Positions 1 through 9,227 of a stretch of 32,000 nt of DNA are shown piece by piece (the stretch's first letter is position 1; each line of letters opens with the position of its first letter). Origin of the DNA: Mycolicibacterium smegmatis (GTDB taxonomy: Bacteria; Actinomycetota; Actinomycetes; Mycobacteriales; Mycobacteriaceae); contig NZ_LN831039.1 of NCBI RefSeq assembly GCF_001457595.1, positions 4,800,001 through 4,832,000 on the forward strand, given 5' to 3'. The notes beneath the pieces are model-generated. The model was given only the letters and a program-made list of their open reading frames with translations. It was not told the origin of the DNA and did not search any database. Made by a program: the position numbers and the translations under genes.

Positions 1-338
1 ATGCACCGGGACAGGTCCGGGCCCACCGCGGTGGCCCTGACCTCGACCGACGAGCGGCGCACGCCTTCGCGGTCCTCGTACTCATTGGTGTAGAGGTGAC
101 CGACTACGACCACGGAGTCACCCTTGCCGAGTGACGCGCTGACGCCGCGGGCGAGGTTCCCCCAGCAGTTCACCGTGACGTACAACGAGTTGCCGGGCTC
201 CCAGGTGCCCTCGGGGCTGCGCCGCCGCGAATTGCTGGCCACCCGGAACTTGTAGAGCTCCTGGTCGCCGAAGCGCAGCCGCACCGGATTGGTGATGATG
301 TTGCCGACCACAGTGAACGGTGTCTCGAACATGTTCAT
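1..338 (-). CDS. ssb: Single-stranded DNA-binding protein paralog (SsbB-type OB fold); 3' end runs off the window
   Basis: Absent from the ORF track because it has no in-window stop. The reverse complement of 1..338 reads MNMFETPFTVVGNIITNPVRLRFGDQELYKFRVASNSRRRSPEGTWEPGNSLYVTVNCWGNLARGVSASLGKGDSVVVVGHLYTNEYEDREGVRRSSVEVRATAVGPDLSRC... This matches the N-terminal OB fold of the second SSB of actinobacteria. ATG at 338 (alternative ATG at 332), with AAGGGA just upstream. Confidence 0.8.
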   Translation of the reverse strand, partial: MNMFETPFTVVGNIITNPVRLRFGDQELYKFRVASNSRRRSPEGTWEPGNSLYVTVNCWGNLARGVSASLGKGDSVVVVGHLYTNEYEDREGVRRSSVEVRATAVGPDLSRC

Positions 339-511
339 TCCCTTTCGCTTTTCATCCATGCGAACCGGTGAGATCCGGCCGCCTGTGACCCATTCATCGC
401 GCACGGGCCGACACGGGCCGTGCGCAGGGCCGATGAAGCGACAGGGTTGTGGATGAAATGCGATCTGGGGATAACTGCCGGGCCCACGGCGCGGCAGGCG
501 CCTGCGACGCG

Positions 512-570
512 TCGAGGCTGTAGTTGCCGTGCTGTGCACTCGCACTTCTGCTCGGTAACTACAGCCTCGA
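512..570 (-). terminator. Long stem-loop (14-bp perfect inverted repeat, no U tract) about 25 nt downstream of the CopD/CtaG stop
   Basis: TCGAGGCTGTAGTT (512-525) is the exact reverse complement of AACTACAGCCTCGA (557-570). Imperfect pairing continues inward (527-529/553-555, 531-532/550-551). The stop codon of the upstream minus-strand gene is at 596-598. Confidence 0.4.
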
Positions 571-595
571 AGGGTCCATGCCCGTGAGGGCCCGG

Positions 596-2614
596 CTACT
601 GGGGCGGGTTGTCCCGACGGGCCAGGTGGGCCAGCATCCGGTTGTAGGCGGCCAGGTCGGCGTCGTCGTCGCGGTCGGCCGCGCGGTCGAGGCGTTTGGC
701 CGTGCGGTCGTCGCTGCGCCGCCACTGGATGAGCAGCGCGAGCATCACGATCACCAGCGGAACCTCACCGGCCGCCCACGCCACCCCGCCGCCCAGCTTC
801 TGATCACCGAGCAGATCGGTGTGCCAGCTCAGCTGCAGCGATCGGTAGAAAGGCTCGCCCAGCACGGTCTTCATGCCCATCATCACCACACCGAAGAACG
901 CGTGCAGCGGCAGCGACGCGAAGACCATGCCGATCTTGCCGAGGTGCGGGATGGGACGCGGTGTCGGGTCGATGCCGATGACGACCCAGTAGAACAGGTA
1001 GCCCGACAGCAGGAAGTGCACGTTCATCATCACGTGCGCGGCGTGGTTGCTCACCGCGGCGTCGAAGATGCCGCCGAAATACAGGCCGTAGAACCCGACC
1101 ACGAACATCACCGTCGCGATCACCGGGTTGGTGAAGAACTGCGAGATCTTGGAGTGCAGCGCGGCCAGCAGCCATTCGCGCGGTCCCGGCGGCTGCCCGC
1201 GGCCCGCGGCGGGCAGGGCCCGCAGCGCCATGGTCACCGGAGCGCCGAGCACCAGCAGGATCGGCACCAGCATGGACAGCAGCATGTGGGCGATCATGTG
1301 CATGCTGAACATCGCGGGCATGTACCGCCCGAGGCCCGACGACGTGGTGAACAGCAGCGTTGCGCAGCCCAGCAGCCACGCGACGGTGCGGCCGACCGGC
1401 CAGGCGTCACCACGATGACGCAGCCGGTACAGCGCCGCGAGGTAGACCAGGGCGCCGACGATCGCGGCCGTGCCGAACAACAGGTCGAACCGCCAGTCGA
1501 ACAGCACACGGGCGACCGTGGGCGGACCGGCGAAGTCGTAGCCGATCGCCACCTCGGCGGCCGACGGGATGCGCTTGATCGGCGGCGGCGGGGTGCGCCC
1601 CAGCCCGACCGCGATGCCGAACGTCACGCCGAAGATCGCGCCCTCGGTGAGCGCGAGCCGGATCAGCGGGCCGCGCGCCGTGGGATCGGCCTGCAGTGCC
1701 GACACCGCGCTGCGCCGCTGCAGGAAGCCCAGCGCCCCCAGCACGACGAGCGCGACGATCTTGCCGACGATCAGCCAGCCGTAGGACGTGCGGAACAGGT
1801 CGGCGGGTGACATCCGCACCAGCGCGTTGATCACGCCGCTGACACCCATCGCGATGAAGCACCACAGCGCCAGCGCCGAGAAACGCCGCGCGGCCAGCGC
1901 AGTGGCCGCGCCCTCACCCGCTCTGCCGCGCATCGCGTGGGCCAGCAGCGCCAGCAGCCCACCGGCCCACACCGCACCTGCGACGAGGTGGATGAACAGG
2001 CTGTTGGTGGCCAGATCGTGCGCGCCGCCCGACGACGAGTGCCCGGTGAGCGCCAGCGGCACCAGCGTGACCAGCGAACCCGCGAACAGCACCGGCGTCC
2101 ATCCCCAGCGCAGCACGGGCAGGCTCGCGATGGTCACCGCTGCGGCGAGGATCGCCGTCCACCGCCACGCCCCGGCGATGTCGACCAGGCTGGTGGCCGA
2201 CCACACGTCGACCGGGCTCAGGTGCTCAAGGACCGGTTGGCCCGACACGTCGGAGATGGTCAGCGGCACCAGCATGGCCGCGCACACGGTCCACACGGCC
2301 GACGCCGCCGAGCCGAGGCGCAGCGCGCGGTAGCCCGCCACGTCGAGGACACCGTTTTCCTGCGGCGCCACCAGGAACGCCGCGAACAGGAACGAGCCGA
2401 CCGCGATGACGGCCGCGATCTCACCGGCCGCGCGCACGAACGGCAGGCCGTAGGTGGTGACGGGACCGGGGTTGGGCAGGCCCGTCGCGGTCAGCGCGTC
2501 GGCCAGCGCGAGCGCCCCGATCCCGGCTGCGACCGCGCCCGCGAGGAGTCCGACACCGACCAGTACGGGCCAGACCGCACGCACGTCAGAGGCCACGCGG
2601 CCGACAGAAGTCAT
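596..2614 (-). CDS. Polytopic membrane protein, CopD-like N-terminal half fused to a cytochrome c oxidase assembly (caa3 CtaG-like) C-terminal half
   Basis: 672-aa ORF with an ATG start, highly hydrophobic with many predicted TM segments. Charged C-terminal tail RRSDDRTAKRLDRAADRDDDADLAAYNRMLAHL, as seen in actinobacterial CtaG-family proteins. By recollection the architecture and size resemble M. tuberculosis Rv0102. Confidence 0.7.
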   Translation of the reverse strand: MTSVGRVASDVRAVWPVLVGVGLLAGAVAAGIGALALADALTATGLPNPGPVTTYGLPFVRAAGEIAAVIAVGSFLFAAFLVAPQENGVLDVAGYRALRLGSAASAVWTVCAAMLVPLTISDVSGQPVLEHLSPVDVWSATSLVDIAGAWRWTAILAAAVTIASLPVLRWGWTPVLFAGSLVTLVPLALTGHSSSGGAHDLATNSLFIHLVAGAVWAGGLLALLAHAMRGRAGEGAATALAARRFSALALWCFIAMGVSGVINALVRMSPADLFRTSYGWLIVGKIVALVVLGALGFLQRRSAVSALQADPTARGPLIRLALTEGAIFGVTFGIAVGLGRTPPPPIKRIPSAAEVAIGYDFAGPPTVARVLFDWRFDLLFGTAAIVGALVYLAALYRLRHRGDAWPVGRTVAWLLGCATLLFTTSSGLGRYMPAMFSMHMIAHMLLSMLVPILLVLGAPVTMALRALPAAGRGQPPGPREWLLAALHSKISQFFTNPVIATVMFVVGFYGLYFGGIFDAAVSNHAAHVMMNVHFLLSGYLFYWVVIGIDPTPRPIPHLGKIGMVFASLPLHAFFGVVMMGMKTVLGEPFYRSLQLSWHTDLLGDQKLGGGVAWAAGEVPLVIVMLALLIQWRRSDDRTAKRLDRAADRDDDADLAAYNRMLAHLARRDNPPQ

Positions 2615-2683
2615 GCTTCCAGCGTATGGCGTGTCTCAGGCCACAGCGGAGTGCCTACCTCTCGAAATACGCCGGTGGACGCC

Positions 2684-5044
2684 TCACACGGCTTCGTCCC
2701 GCTTCGTGCGCCGCTCGCGCTCCCGCGCGGCGAACAGTTCGCGCGCGTACCGGTCGACAGTGTCGAGGTCGCGCAGGATGCCGCGCAGTTCGTCGCGGAA
2801 CGCGCGCCGCTGCGCCATCAGCTCGGGGCCGTGTTCCAGCAGTCCCTGGTCGGCGGCGACCTGACGGGCCGTGGCGAACAGCAGCGCCGACACCGACTCG
2901 TTGTTGCGGACGCGGCCCTGCGCGACGTACTGCCGCCCTACCCCGAGCGCCAACTTGGTCAGATCCTTCTCGGCGATCTCGGCGGGTGCGTCGCGCAGCA
3001 CATCGGCGACGATCGTGTAGGCCTCGAAGTACGGGCGCAGCATGGCGTCGGCGAGCAGTGGGCGCTTCGCCCGCATCAGCGTCTCGATGCCGTCGCGGCC
3101 CGCCCGCACCTGCTGCTCCCAATCGGCATGCCACGACATCTCTTCCGCGACGTTCTGGTGGAACGCCGCGGAGTCGGCGAAGTAGAAGTCGAACTTCAGC
3201 AGGTCACGCAGTCGCACCACCTGGGTCCAGAAGGCCTGCAGCGGATCACCTTCGGCGTCGGCGGTGCGCGCGGCGTAGGCGAGCGCAAGCTCGACCAGTG
3301 AGGTCTCCAGGAACGCGTGGATCAGCGAGTTGCGGTAGAACGCGGCCTCGAGTTCGTTCTCGGGGGCGATGCGCCAGACCGGTTCGCGACCGGTGTCGAT
3401 GCACGTGACGGGATGACCGCCCGACAACGCGTCGACGGCCGCACGCACGCCCTCGAGGGTGCGCAACCGCATCGCGCTGTTGGTCACCGGGGTTTTCTTC
3501 TGCTCGAGGTAGTCGAGCGAATCCTGCAGTGCCTGATGGAGTTGCTCGAGGGTGAGCGCGACGCCGCGCGCGGTGAGCAGCAGCGCCGAGACGAGGTTGG
3601 TCGCGTTGACGGGCGTGACGCGCAGGATGCGCCAGGCCACCTCGAACGCCATCTTCTGCATGGCCAGCCGCTTGGCCGCCTCGTCCTCGACGAGCGGGCC
3701 GTGCGGCTCACCGAGGTACTGGCGCATCGAAACCGCCTCGGGGAAGCGGACATAGATTTTGCCGTAGTTGCGTTCGCCCTGGGCCTTGACGAAGTTGTAC
3801 AGCCAGCTCAGCCCTTCGGGCCGCTTCTCCCCGCCGCGTGCGTACTCGGCGTACTCGGCGGTCTCGTGCAACTGGTCGAAGCTGATCGACACCGGTTGCA
3901 GCAGGATGTCGTCGCTGCGGCCGTCCAGGTAGGCGTCGGCCACGTACGCCAGCAGTCCGAGCTTGGGCGGCAGCATCTTCCCGGTGCGCGACCGCGTGCC
4001 CTCGATGGACCAGTTCAGGTTGAACCGCTTCTCGACGAGGTAGCCGACGTACTGGCGCAGCACGTATTTGTACAGCGGGTCGTCGAGCTTGCGGCGCAGG
4101 AAGATCACACCCGAATGCCGGAAGATCGGACCCATGACGCCGAACGACAGGTTGATCCCGGCGAAGGTGTGCACCGGCGGAAGTCGGTTCTCCTGCATCG
4201 CGACCGGCACGATGACACCGTCGAGATAAGAGCGGTGCGAGAACAGCAGCACGGCGGGATGCTGCTCAAGCGCGTGGCGCATCTGCTCGATCTCGATGCG
4301 GTCGTAGTCGATTCGCGGGTCGAAACCACGGCTGAAGATGGCCCGGCCCAGTGACGGGATGAGGTCCACCGAGAAACGGCTCCACCCGGTCGAGAGCTCG
4401 TCGAGCATCTCGCCGGCCTTCTCCGGCGTGGCACCCGGGATCTGGGCGAGGCCCTCCCGGAACCGCGCCGACGCCATCATCTCCGGTTTGACCAGCCGCG
4501 GCGACTTGTACTCCGGCCCCAAGAGCCGCAACTCGACCCGCTCGATGGCCAGCACGGCGCGGCGCAGCACGAAATGCGCGAAGTCGCGCGGGTTTTCGCC
4601 GACGGTCGTCTCACTCCACTGCTTGCGCAGCTCTGACACCTTGGCCGGTTCGCCCGCGACCACGCGGGCGCGCGACGGGTCCTTGCGCAGGATGCGGCGC
4701 TGCAGGATCTCCGGTGGCCGGTAGGTGTCGCGGCCCGACATCAGGGCGACCACCTTCAGCCGCGTGGGCAGCCCCCCGGGAACCCAGAACACCCGCACGG
4801 GAACCACGAGACGGTTCTCGTCGGCTTCGAGTTCCTCGACCAGACGTGCGAGATCCCCCGGCGCCGGTTCGTCGGTGGCAGGCAACTGGAGCACGTCGAC
4901 CTTGGAATCGGGGTGTTCTCGGCGGTGGGTGCGCAGCCAGACGTTGAGCAGTTCCAGTTCGGCGTCCGACGACACCGACGCCAGCACCAGCGCGTCGTCG
5001 TTGGTGGTGAAGCTCGCGAAGTAGTCGGTCGGGGGCGCGGTCAC
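2684..5044 (-). CDS. plsB: Glycerol-3-phosphate acyltransferase (PlsB)
   Basis: Track ORF 2684..5149 trimmed to GTG 5044 (V36 of the track translation). This GTG overlaps the upstream TGA as GTGA. 786 aa. H(X)4D acyltransferase motif SHRSYLD. Size and sequence fit mycobacterial PlsB2 (Rv2482c). Confidence 0.9.
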   Translation of the reverse strand: MTAPPTDYFASFTTNDDALVLASVSSDAELELLNVWLRTHRREHPDSKVDVLQLPATDEPAPGDLARLVEELEADENRLVVPVRVFWVPGGLPTRLKVVALMSGRDTYRPPEILQRRILRKDPSRARVVAGEPAKVSELRKQWSETTVGENPRDFAHFVLRRAVLAIERVELRLLGPEYKSPRLVKPEMMASARFREGLAQIPGATPEKAGEMLDELSTGWSRFSVDLIPSLGRAIFSRGFDPRIDYDRIEIEQMRHALEQHPAVLLFSHRSYLDGVIVPVAMQENRLPPVHTFAGINLSFGVMGPIFRHSGVIFLRRKLDDPLYKYVLRQYVGYLVEKRFNLNWSIEGTRSRTGKMLPPKLGLLAYVADAYLDGRSDDILLQPVSISFDQLHETAEYAEYARGGEKRPEGLSWLYNFVKAQGERNYGKIYVRFPEAVSMRQYLGEPHGPLVEDEAAKRLAMQKMAFEVAWRILRVTPVNATNLVSALLLTARGVALTLEQLHQALQDSLDYLEQKKTPVTNSAMRLRTLEGVRAAVDALSGGHPVTCIDTGREPVWRIAPENELEAAFYRNSLIHAFLETSLVELALAYAARTADAEGDPLQAFWTQVVRLRDLLKFDFYFADSAAFHQNVAEEMSWHADWEQQVRAGRDGIETLMRAKRPLLADAMLRPYFEAYTIVADVLRDAPAEIAEKDLTKLALGVGRQYVAQGRVRNNESVSALLFATARQVAADQGLLEHGPELMAQRRAFRDELRGILRDLDTVDRYARELFAARERERRTKRDEAV

Positions 5045-6597
5045 GGACGTCCTTTCGCAGGCGCCTTCTTCGCCGCTTTGCGGGCCGTCTTCTTCGCGGC
5101 TTTGCGTGGCGAATAGATGTCGAACTCCGGCAGCCGGTCGTGCGGCCACGACGCGAGCGTGTCGAGGTAGATCTGGCGGACCTGCTCGATGCGTTCGGGC
5201 AGGTTCTCGACGGTCCAGTCGTCGACCGGGATCGGCGGGTACACCGCGACGTCGACGGTGCCCGGGTTGAACGTGCTGGAATCGCGTGCGGCGATCACCT
5301 CGGCGTTGCGGATCACGATGGGCACCACGGGAATTCCCGCGGCCATCGCGATGCGGAACGCCCCCTTCTTGAACGGGCCCACCGCGGTGGTGTCCAGCCG
5401 GGTGCCCTCCGGCGCGATCAGGATCGAGATGCCTTCGCGGGCAAGCTCTTCCACCTTGTGCAGGCCTTCGACGGCCTTCACCGGGTCGTCGCGGTCGATG
5501 AACGCGGCGTCCATGACGCGCCCGAGGGTGCCGACCAGCGGATCATTGGCGAGCTCTTTCTTGCCGACACCGGTGAAGTTGTCACGCACCAGGGTTCCCG
5601 CGATGATCGGGTCGACCTGGTTGCGGTGGTTGAAGATGAACACCGCCGGCCGCTGCGCGGTCAGGTTCTCCTCCCCCAGCACGTTGAGGTTGACGCCGGT
5701 GGTCGCCAGCAGCACCCGGCTCCACGTGGAGGTGAAGAAGTTGACGCCGCGACGGCGGTTGCGGTTGAGCAGGCCCCAGCCGATCGCCGCCCCCGCCACC
5801 GGCATCAGCGACGCCACGCCGGCCACGGTGCGCAGTTGCGCCATGGGGCTGCTGCCGCTGCGGCTGGTGAACCGCAGGATGGGCCACCCGCGTTTGGCGG
5901 CGACAGCGGCGAGCTTGCCCTCGGGGTTGGTCGGCCGCGGGTTGCCGACCAGGTACATCAGCGCGACGTCCTCGTCGCCGTCGGCGTAGAAGTAGCTCTT
6001 CGACAGGTCGACACCGTTGGCGGCCGCGAATTCCTGTACGGCGCGGGCCTTCCCGGGACCCCAGATGATCGGCGTCCTCACCTCACCGGTGATCAGACCG
6101 TCCTCGTCGGTCTCGAACTTGTTGCTCAGCACGTTGTCGATGCCCAGGAAGCGGGCCACGGGCTCCACCTGCACGGTCAGCGCCGACGAACTGAGCACCA
6201 CGGTGTGCCCGCGGGCCATGTGGGCACGGACCATCGCCCGCATCTCGGGATAGATGCGGCCCTGCACGTACTGCACGAACAGGCGCTCCCCGAGTTCGTC
6301 GAGATCACTGAGCGAATTGCCGCGCAGCATCCGCGCGCCCTTGCCGATGAGGTCCTCGAACTCCGAGCGGCCGAGGCGGTGGTTGAGACCGGCCTGCACC
6401 ATGCCGATGAACTCGCCGACGCTCATCTGGCGTCGCCGCAGCCGGTCCTGGGTCATGAGCACCCCGGTGAAACCCGCCACCAGGGTGCCGTCGAGGTCGA
6501 AGAACGCACCGATCTCCGGACCTTCCGGGCTCGCCTCGATCTCGGCGAGTGTCCCGGGAAGCCGCATGGGCCTACCGGCCGAACCCACGGATGTCAC
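5041..6597 (-). CDS. plsC: Bifunctional HAD-IB hydrolase / 1-acyl-sn-glycerol-3-phosphate acyltransferase fusion (Rv2483c-like PlsC)
   Basis: 518 aa. N-terminal HAD motifs [11 protein letters not shown] and YADGDEDV. C-terminal LPLAT motifs FNHRNQVD and APEGTR. Lys/Ala-rich tail [24 protein letters not shown] 6597 overlaps the WS/DGAT TGA (GTGA); alternative ATG at 6567. Confidence 0.88.
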   Translation of the reverse strand: MTSVGSAGRPMRLPGTLAEIEASPEGPEIGAFFDLDGTLVAGFTGVLMTQDRLRRRQMSVGEFIGMVQAGLNHRLGRSEFEDLIGKGARMLRGNSLSDLDELGERLFVQYVQGRIYPEMRAMVRAHMARGHTVVLSSSALTVQVEPVARFLGIDNVLSNKFETDEDGLITGEVRTPIIWGPGKARAVQEFAAANGVDLSKSYFYADGDEDVALMYLVGNPRPTNPEGKLAAVAAKRGWPILRFTSRSGSSPMAQLRTVAGVASLMPVAGAAIGWGLLNRNRRRGVNFFTSTWSRVLLATTGVNLNVLGEENLTAQRPAVFIFNHRNQVDPIIAGTLVRDNFTGVGKKELANDPLVGTLGRVMDAAFIDRDDPVKAVEGLHKVEELAREGISILIAPEGTRLDTTAVGPFKKGAFRIAMAAGIPVVPIVIRNAEVIAARDSSTFNPGTVDVAVYPPIPVDDWTVENLPERIEQVRQIYLDTLASWPHDRLPEFDIYSPRKAAKKTARKAAKKAPAKGRP

Positions 6598-8060
6598 TGC
6601 GCACCACCAATGTTCGTGCCGGGTTCGGGGTCAAACGACGCCGGGGTGCAGCGCACCTCGCCACCGAGGGCGAGCACCTCGTCGAAGCCCTGCTGCAGGC
6701 ACCGCGCGAACAGCGCGCCGTCGGTGATCGCCGCGCGGTCGTAGCGGACGGTGACGGTGATGTAGCCGCCCCGCGAGATCAGCACCACCATCATCGCCAC
6801 GCCGGGCAGCGGTCCCAGCCCGTAGTGCCGCAGGATCTTGGCCCCGGCGAGGAAGGTGTCGCCCGGATAGATCGGCACGTTCGAGGCCTGCACGTCGGAG
6901 TTCACCACCGAACCGGCCACCGATTCCAGGATCGTGTCGGGCAGCAGGCTCAACACCGGCGCGATGGCACCGACGACATCGATCGCCCGTTCCTCGCGCA
7001 GGCTGGTCATCTGGCTCCTGACGGACTTGATGCGCTGCTCGGCGTCCTCGATGCCGATCGGCGCCGACAGGTTGACCCCCGCGAAGCGGTTGCCGCCGGC
7101 CGGGTCGTCCTCGGCGCGCAGGTTCACCGGCACCGCCATCGGCAGCGAGTCGATCGGCACGCCCTTGGCGTCGTGGTAGAGCCGCAGCGCGCCGCACACC
7201 CCGGCGAGATAGGCGTCGTTGATCGAACCGCCCGCGGCCTTGGCCGCGCGGTGGAAGTCGCCGAACGGGATGTCGATGGCCTCGCTGCGCGACGCCAGGC
7301 TGCGTCGGCGCAGCAGCGGCGAGGGCTCGGCGGCCGGGGCCATCACCCGGGTGCCCGACATTGCGTAGTCCACGACACCGCTGACCGCCGAGATCGGGTC
7401 GCGCACCACCTTGGTGACCGCACGCGCCGCGCCGCCGAGGGCGCCGAGCACGCCGCCGGCGATCGAGCCGGGCAACCGGTTGATGCCCTCGCGCATCAGT
7501 TCGCCGGGTGAGAGATCCTGCGGGATGGGCAGCGGCGGTGGCGTGTCCGGTTCGGGATCGCGTTCGAGGTCATAGATGCTGGCGAACATCTCCACACCGC
7601 CGACGGCGTCGCTGACCGCGTGGCTCAGGTGCAGGATCGTCGCGGCGCGCCCGTCGGCCAGTCCCTCGACCAGCGTGGCGCTCCACAGCGGACGGGTGAT
7701 GTCCATCGGTGACTGCATGGCAACCTCGGCCAGGTCGAGCACCTGCCGCAGGGTTCCCGGCCCGGGCACCCGCACACGTCGCACGTGGTAGTCGAGGTTG
7801 AAGTCGGGGTCAACCACCCAGCGCGGCGCCGCGGTCGGAAGTGTGGGCATCACGACCTTCTGCCGCAGCCGCACCACCTTGCGCGACGCATGGTCGAAGC
7901 GGGTGCGGAACCGCTCCCAGTCCGGGGTGGTGTCGAGCAGTTCGACGCCCATGATTCCCGAGCGTGTGCGCGGGTTCGCCTCCCCGCGGTGCAGCAGCTG
8001 ATCGACTGCACTCAGCTCTTCGGGCAATCCGGCCGCGTCCCGCTCCGGCACGTAGCTCAT
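6594..8060 (-). CDS. Wax ester synthase / diacylglycerol acyltransferase family protein (Rv2484c-like)
   Basis: 488 aa, ATG 8060. WS/DGAT-type N-terminal motif region LHLSHAVSDAVGG and C-terminal ASNVPIYPGDTFLAGA block. First gene of the WS/DGAT-plsC-plsB string. Confidence 0.85.
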   Translation of the reverse strand: MSYVPERDAAGLPEELSAVDQLLHRGEANPRTRSGIMGVELLDTTPDWERFRTRFDHASRKVVRLRQKVVMPTLPTAAPRWVVDPDFNLDYHVRRVRVPGPGTLRQVLDLAEVAMQSPMDITRPLWSATLVEGLADGRAATILHLSHAVSDAVGGVEMFASIYDLERDPEPDTPPPLPIPQDLSPGELMREGINRLPGSIAGGVLGALGGAARAVTKVVRDPISAVSGVVDYAMSGTRVMAPAAEPSPLLRRRSLASRSEAIDIPFGDFHRAAKAAGGSINDAYLAGVCGALRLYHDAKGVPIDSLPMAVPVNLRAEDDPAGGNRFAGVNLSAPIGIEDAEQRIKSVRSQMTSLREERAIDVVGAIAPVLSLLPDTILESVAGSVVNSDVQASNVPIYPGDTFLAGAKILRHYGLGPLPGVAMMVVLISRGGYITVTVRYDRAAITDGALFARCLQQGFDEVLALGGEVRCTPASFDPEPGTNIGGAQ

Positions 8061-8182
8061 AGCGTGGTCCCTCTCCCCTCACCCGGCAGCCAAGTGCAGC
8101 GTCCACGCTAGTCTGCGTCCGCCGGACACGGGTCCGGTTTCCCCACGTGTCACACGTATGCGTATCCGGCGAAGACGGACGA

Positions 8183-8188
8183 TAGACT
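8183..8188 (+). promoter_or_regulatory. Candidate -10 hexamer (TAGACT) for tRNA-Arg
   Basis: TANNNT-type hexamer 11 nt upstream of the mature tRNA 5' end (8200). No experimental support. Confidence 0.3.
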
Positions 8189-8199
8189 CATCCGTCGTT

Positions 8200-8272
8200 G
8201 CCTCCGTAGCTCAATGGATAGAGCATCGGCCTTCTAATCCGACGGTTGCAGGTTCGAGTCCTGCCGGGGGCG
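8200..8272 (+). tRNA. tRNA-Arg (anticodon UCU)
   Basis: Manual cloverleaf. Acceptor GCCTCCG/CGGGGGC (one G-U pair). D arm GCTC-AATGGATA-GAGC. Anticodon arm TCGGC-CTTCTAA-TCCGA (31-39 C/U mismatch), anticodon TCT. T arm GCAGG-TTCGAGT-CCTGC. Discriminator G. CCA not encoded. Confidence 0.92.
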
Positions 8273-8315
8273 CTTTGCCGGTGTGTGGAGCCGGTGGCCC
8301 GGACCGGGCTGCTGC

Positions 8316-8364
8316 TGCCACCACCAGGTGGCAGCCTCCGGGGCTCGAATCGCGGCTCCGGAGG
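8316..8364. terminator. Two adjacent GC hairpins between convergent tRNA-Arg and the hydrolase gene
   Basis: TGCCACC(8316-8322)-ACCA-GGTGGCA(8327-8333), and CCTCCGG(8335-8341)...CCGGAGG(8358-8364). There is also the palindrome GCCCGGaCCGGGC at 8297-8309. No clear U tracts. Confidence 0.35.
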
Positions 8365-8372
8365 TAACCCAC

Positions 8373-9227
8373 TCAGCGCGCCGCAGCAAGATCCTCGGCG
8401 AGGAAATCGAGCAGAACCCGATTGAACTCCTCGGTGTGGCTCACCGGGATACCGTGGGGCCCACCGGAGATGACGTGCAGGCGGCTGTTGGGCAGCGCCG
8501 CGTGGGTACGTTCACCGCAGTTCTGCAGCGGGGTCGTCGCGTCGGCGTCGCCGTGGATGACCAGCGCGGGTACGGTCACCCGCGGAAGATCCTCACGAAA
8601 GTCGGTGTTGGAGAACGCCGCCATGCATGCCAGCGCCGCGTTCTTGCTGGCCTGTCCGCACATGTCGAGGACCTGCTGCAGCGCGTCCTCGGAGATGGTC
8701 AGGACGCCATCGGCCGAGAACACCCCCGTCATCATCTCGCGGTAGAACGCGTCGGAGTTCGTCGTCAGCGCCGCGGCCATCTGCGCGGCCTGCGTCTTGC
8801 TCAGCGGGCCCTCGGGGTTGTCCGCGGTGTTCAGCATGTACGGGGTCACCGGCGCGGCCAACACCACGCTGCGCAACCGCTCGGTGCCCTTGCGCGCGCA
8901 GTAGGCAGCGACCTCACCGGTGCCCATCGAGAACCCGACCAGGGTCGCGTCACGTACGTCGAGTTCATCCAGCACCGCCGCGAGGTCGTCGGACAACGCT
9001 TCGTACGTGTAACCCACAAGGGAGGTGTCGCTGCGTCCGAAGCCGCGGCGGTCATAGGTGATCACGCGGTGGCCCGCGGCCGTCAGGGCCTCGACCTGCG
9101 CACCCCAGGATTCACCGGTCAGCGGCCAGCCGTAGACCAGCACCACCGGACGGCCGGCACCGCCGGTGTCCTCGACGTGCAGTTCGATCGACCGGAGCAG
9201 GCCACGGTAGGCCGTGATGGCAGCCAC
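8373..9227 (-). CDS. Alpha/beta hydrolase, non-haem haloperoxidase / arylesterase-like
   Basis: 284 aa. GTG 9227 preceded by GGAGGA. Motifs VLVYGWPLTGESW and nucleophile elbow GFSMGTGE; C-terminal GGPHG. Confidence 0.85.
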   Translation of the reverse strand: MAAITAYRGLLRSIELHVEDTGGAGRPVVLVYGWPLTGESWGAQVEALTAAGHRVITYDRRGFGRSDTSLVGYTYEALSDDLAAVLDELDVRDATLVGFSMGTGEVAAYCARKGTERLRSVVLAAPVTPYMLNTADNPEGPLSKTQAAQMAAALTTNSDAFYREMMTGVFSADGVLTISEDALQQVLDMCGQASKNAALACMAAFSNTDFREDLPRVTVPALVIHGDADATTPLQNCGERTHAALPNSRLHVISGGPHGIPVSHTEEFNRVLLDFLAEDLAAAR

